A stretch of 64,000 nucleotides of DNA from NCBI GenBank assembly GCA_963804185.1, contig CAWDPM010000015.1, positions 8,253 through 72,252 on the forward strand. Direction: 5' to 3'. The DNA is from an uncultured Candidatus Rokubacteria bacterium (lineage in GTDB: Bacteria > Methylomirabilota > Methylomirabilia > Rokubacteriales > DASRDR01). Made by a program: the position numbers and the translations under genes. Below the pieces are notes generated by a model. It worked only from the letters and a program-made list of their open reading frames with translations. It was not told where the DNA came from and made no database searches. Of this stretch, positions 60,975-64,000 are shown one piece after another; positions within the stretch are counted from its first letter, which is position 1, and each line of letters opens with the position of its first letter.

Positions 60975-62426
60975 ATGTCGGACGGGGCGGGTCATGGACT
61001 CGTGACGCCGCTCCGGGTGATCGTGGTTGGCGGTGGGATTGCCGGCCTCGCGGCCGCCCATCGTCTGGTCGAGCTGGCACGCGACGAGGGAGAGCCTCTG
61101 GACTTGGTCCTCCTCGAGGCTGCCGACCGGCTGGGCGGGACGATCCGCACGGAGCGAGCGGACGGGTTCCTGCTCGAGGCCGGCGCGGACTCGTTCATCT
61201 CCGAGAAGCCGTGGGCACTTGCCCTCGCGGAGCGCATTGGACTCGGGGCGCGCCTCCGCCGGACGGACGACCGCTTCCGGCGCACCTACGTGGTGCGCGC
61301 GGGGCGGCTGCGCCCGCTGCCGGAGGGGTTCCTGCTCCTTGCTCCCACCCACGCGTGGCCGGTGCTGGCTTCCGGCGTTTTCTCCTGGCGCGGAAAGCTT
61401 CGGCTCGGACTCGACCTGGTTCTGCCACGCCGCCGCGGCGCCGGGGACGAGAGCCTTGGGAGCTTCGTGCGGCGTCGGTTCGGACGCGAGGCGCTCGAGC
61501 GCGTCGCCCAGCCGCTCGTCGGCGGGATCTACACGGCCGATCCTGAGCGTCTGTCCCTTGCCGCGACCATGCCGCGCTTCCTCGCGCTCGAGCGCGAGCA
61601 CCGGAGCCTGATCCTCGGCCTCCGCCGGACGGCTCGGGCCGCCGAGGCCGCCGGGGCGAGCGGGCCTCGTTGGAGCCTCTTCGTCACGCTGGCTGAGGGA
61701 ATGGAGGAGCTGATCGACGCCCTCGCCGCGCGGCTCCCCGCCGCCGCGGTTCGGCTCGGCACTGCCGCGGCCGCAGTCGCGCCGTCGTCGCAGGGCTGGT
61801 GCGTGCAGCTGTCCGACGGGGCGCGTCTCCGGGCGGACGGGGTCGTCCTGGCCGGGCCGGCTCCCGGTATGGCGACGCTAGTGGACAGGCTGGACGCTAC
61901 ACTCTCGACGCTGCTCAGCGGGATCGCGTATGCTTCGTCTGCGACAGTGGCCCTCGCCTATCCACGGGCCGCGGTCCGACATCCGCTCGACGGCTTCGGG
62001 TTTGTGGTGCCGCGAGTGGAGCGGCGAGCGACCCTGGCGTGCACCTTTTCGAGCGTCAAGTATCCGGGGCGGGCGCCGGACGGCTTCGCTCTCATCCGCG
62101 TGTTCGTCGGAGGGGCGTTGCAGGGCGATCTCCTCGCGCAGGAGGACCGGGCGCTGGCCCGCCTGGCCCACGATGACGTGGCGCCCCTCCTAGGCATAAC
62201 GGGCGAGCCCGTGCTCTCCCGCGCGTGGCGACACCGCAGCGCCATGCCTCAGTACGACGTCGGCCATCTCGACCGGGTCGCCGCTATCGAGTCCCGGCTC
62301 GAGGCCCTCCCCGGCCTCGCCCTTGCGGGCGGCGCCTACCGCGGGGTGGGGATCGCGGATTGCGTGCGCTCCGGCGAGGCCGCCGCCGAGCGGCTCACCT
62401 CCAGTCTCAAAGGACGGTTGCCATGA
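60975..62426 (+). CDS. hemY: FAD-dependent protoporphyrinogen/coproporphyrinogen oxidase (HemY/CgoX type)
   Basis: 483 aa; N-terminal dinucleotide fold VIVVGGGIAGLAAAHRL; amine-oxidase-family pattern throughout. Confidence 0.8.
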   Translation: MSDGAGHGLVTPLRVIVVGGGIAGLAAAHRLVELARDEGEPLDLVLLEAADRLGGTIRTERADGFLLEAGADSFISEKPWALALAERIGLGARLRRTDDRFRRTYVVRAGRLRPLPEGFLLLAPTHAWPVLASGVFSWRGKLRLGLDLVLPRRRGAGDESLGSFVRRRFGREALERVAQPLVGGIYTADPERLSLAATMPRFLALEREHRSLILGLRRTARAAEAAGASGPRWSLFVTLAEGMEELIDALAARLPAAAVRLGTAAAAVAPSSQGWCVQLSDGARLRADGVVLAGPAPGMATLVDRLDATLSTLLSGIAYASSATVALAYPRAAVRHPLDGFGFVVPRVERRATLACTFSSVKYPGRAPDGFALIRVFVGGALQGDLLAQEDRALARLAHDDVAPLLGITGEPVLSRAWRHRSAMPQYDVGHLDRVAAIESRLEALPGLALAGGAYRGVGIADCVRSGEAAAERLTSSLKGRLP

Positions 62427-62851
62427 GCGGGATCGTGCGGATCGGCATCCTCGCGCTGGCACTCGCGTTCGCGACGACGCCGGGCTTCGCCCGGGCGGCG
62501 GACGCTCCCAGCAGGACGTTCAACGCCCCGGTGGACCGTGTCTGGGCGGTGACGGAGTCGGTTCTGAGGAGCCTCGGTTGGGAGATCGACCAGTCCGACC
62601 GGGCCGTGGGCTGGTTCCTCACGGATTCCCGGGGGCTGGAGTTCAAGGACTACGCCGTCTATGGGAAGGGGCTGCGCCACAAGCTGCGGATCGCTCTGAA
62701 GGCCGCGGGGGAGGGTCGGACGACCGTGTCGGTCGAGCGGGATCTCTACACCGAGGAGCGGATCCTCTGGATGACGGAGCGGAAGCCGGTGGTGGCGACG
62801 GAGCAGACCGTGGAGAACGCGGTCCTGGACGCCATCGAGAAGGCCCTCTGA
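62423..62851 (+). CDS. Small secreted hypothetical protein, 142 aa, translationally coupled to hemY (ATGA overlap)
   Basis: Signal peptide MSGIVRIGILALALAFATTPGFARA then ADAPSRTFNAPVDRVWAVTESVLRSLGWEIDQSDRAVGWFLTD... No recognisable family. Confidence 0.55.
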   Translation: MSGIVRIGILALALAFATTPGFARAADAPSRTFNAPVDRVWAVTESVLRSLGWEIDQSDRAVGWFLTDSRGLEFKDYAVYGKGLRHKLRIALKAAGEGRTTVSVERDLYTEERILWMTERKPVVATEQTVENAVLDAIEKAL

Positions 62852-63086
62852 CGGGCGCCGCCCTCGGTCCCGCCCGGGGACCCGGAGACCCGGCGAACCG
62901 CTTGCTTTTGCGCCGCGTCACGCCGAAAATAGCGGGCACACCGTATGCCCGGAGGGGCGGACGCGCGTCCGGGCCGCGCATACACGAGCTACCGAGGAGG
63001 TGATGGGCGCTCCTCGATCGCGAGGGGCTCCGACGTCGAGCTCCGGTACGATCCAAACCCCGATAACTCTCACTTGGAGGTCAGAC

Positions 63087-64000
63087 GATGATGCGACGTG
63101 GCGTAATTGGAGCGCTGGCCGTGCTGCTGGCGGTGGGCCTGCTCGTGGTCCTGCCCGGCGGCGGGTCGGCGCAAGAGAAGGTCGCCAAGATCGGGCTGTC
63201 GTTCCCCCTGACCGGGGCGGACGCCGACTCGGCGGATGCCATCACCAAGGGCGCCCAGCTGGCGATCGACGAGATCAACCAGAAGGGCGGCGTGGCGGGC
63301 TACAAACTGGAATCGGTGATTTACGACAGCGCGACCCCGGCGGCCGGGCAGTACGATCCCGCCCAGTCCGCGACCAACATCCGGAAGTTCGTAGCGGACC
63401 CGCTGGTGATCGCGTCGGTTGGCCCGCAGATGAGCGGTGAGGGCAAGGCCATCTCGCCGATTCTCTCCGAGGCCGACCTGGCCACGATCACGCCCAGCTC
63501 CACCAACCCCGACATCACGGATCCGAAGTTCAAGAATCAGTACCGGCCCAAGGGCAAGGCCGTCTACTTCCGCACCGTGACGACCGACGCCTATCAGGGC
63601 CCGAACATGGCCAACCACGCCTTCCACAACCTGAAGGTCAAGAAGCTCTACATCCTGGACGACGGTGGGGCCTTCGGGGTCGGCATCGCCGACAGCTTCG
63701 AGCGGCGGGCGAAGGAACTCAAGATGGAGATCCTTGGCCGCGACCGGCTGGATCCGAAGGAGGCAGATTACAAGACCATCCTCACGAAGATCAAGGGCTT
63801 GAACCCGGACGGGATCTACTACGGCGGCGTCCAGCAGGCGGCCGTCAAGCTCGCCCGGCAGCTCAACGAGGTTCTGCCGAAGGTCCACAAGCTCGGATCG
63901 GACGGCATCTACGATCTGGCCTTCCCCGAGCAGTCGAGCAAGGAAGCGGCGGAGGGCTGGTGGGCCTCGAACGCCTCGCCGGACGTGCTGAGCGACAAGA
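63087..64000 (+). CDS. Branched-chain-amino-acid-type ABC transporter substrate-binding protein (LivJ/LivK-like); 3' end lies beyond the window
   Basis: ATG at 63087 preceded by GGAGG; signal peptide MMRRGVIGALAVLLAVGLLVVLPGGGSAQ; KIGLSFPLTGADADSADAITKGAQLAIDEIN, the typical Peripla_BP_6 N-terminus. Confidence 0.75.

Overview
High-GC (~70%) bacterial chromosomal segment in which intact housekeeping and catabolic genes are interleaved with an unusually dense set of decayed mobile elements. Intact genes: trehalose from alpha-glucan (treZ, a GH57 gene, treY); heme (hemE, hemY); sodA; bfr; purC; dapL; a DegP/HtrA protease; a hybrid histidine kinase; several amidases, aldolases and peptidases. Mobile-element content: at least eight copies or remnants of rve-type DDE transposases with a characteristic ...GGLHHRY.RxAA* C-terminus, including one complete ~1.2 kb IS and several MITE-like internally deleted derivatives; an IS110-family transposase pseudogene; two 5'-truncated group II introns, one still starting with GTGCG and both retaining a recognisable domain V; short 3' remnants of ABC substrate-binding-protein genes; standalone HNH and GIY-YIG nuclease genes. 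Two otherwise intact genes (treY and a cupredoxin) show single frameshifts. I found no CRISPR array, rRNA or tRNA. The most interesting loci are: (i) a 2.2 kb IS-bracketed cassette of three secreted proteins (DUF1080-like, cupredoxin, tandem-repeat DUF1259-like); (ii) an HNH endonuclease with an adjacent Cys-rich small protein in a lower-GC island; (iii) a small 4Fe-4S-ferredoxin-like ORF with an upstream array of ACACT/AGTGT half-site repeats; (iv) inverted copies of one IS end bracketing the first 17 kb like a composite transposon; (v) an orphan PotD-like SBP followed by M24 peptidase - Ldh_2 dehydrogenase - M24 peptidase; (vi) a redox-type cluster of sodA, an MshC-like CysS paralog without an anticodon-binding domain, a FAD-linked oxidase and a GlxA-type regulator. 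All family assignments come from motif-level reading of the translations and are unverified by database search.
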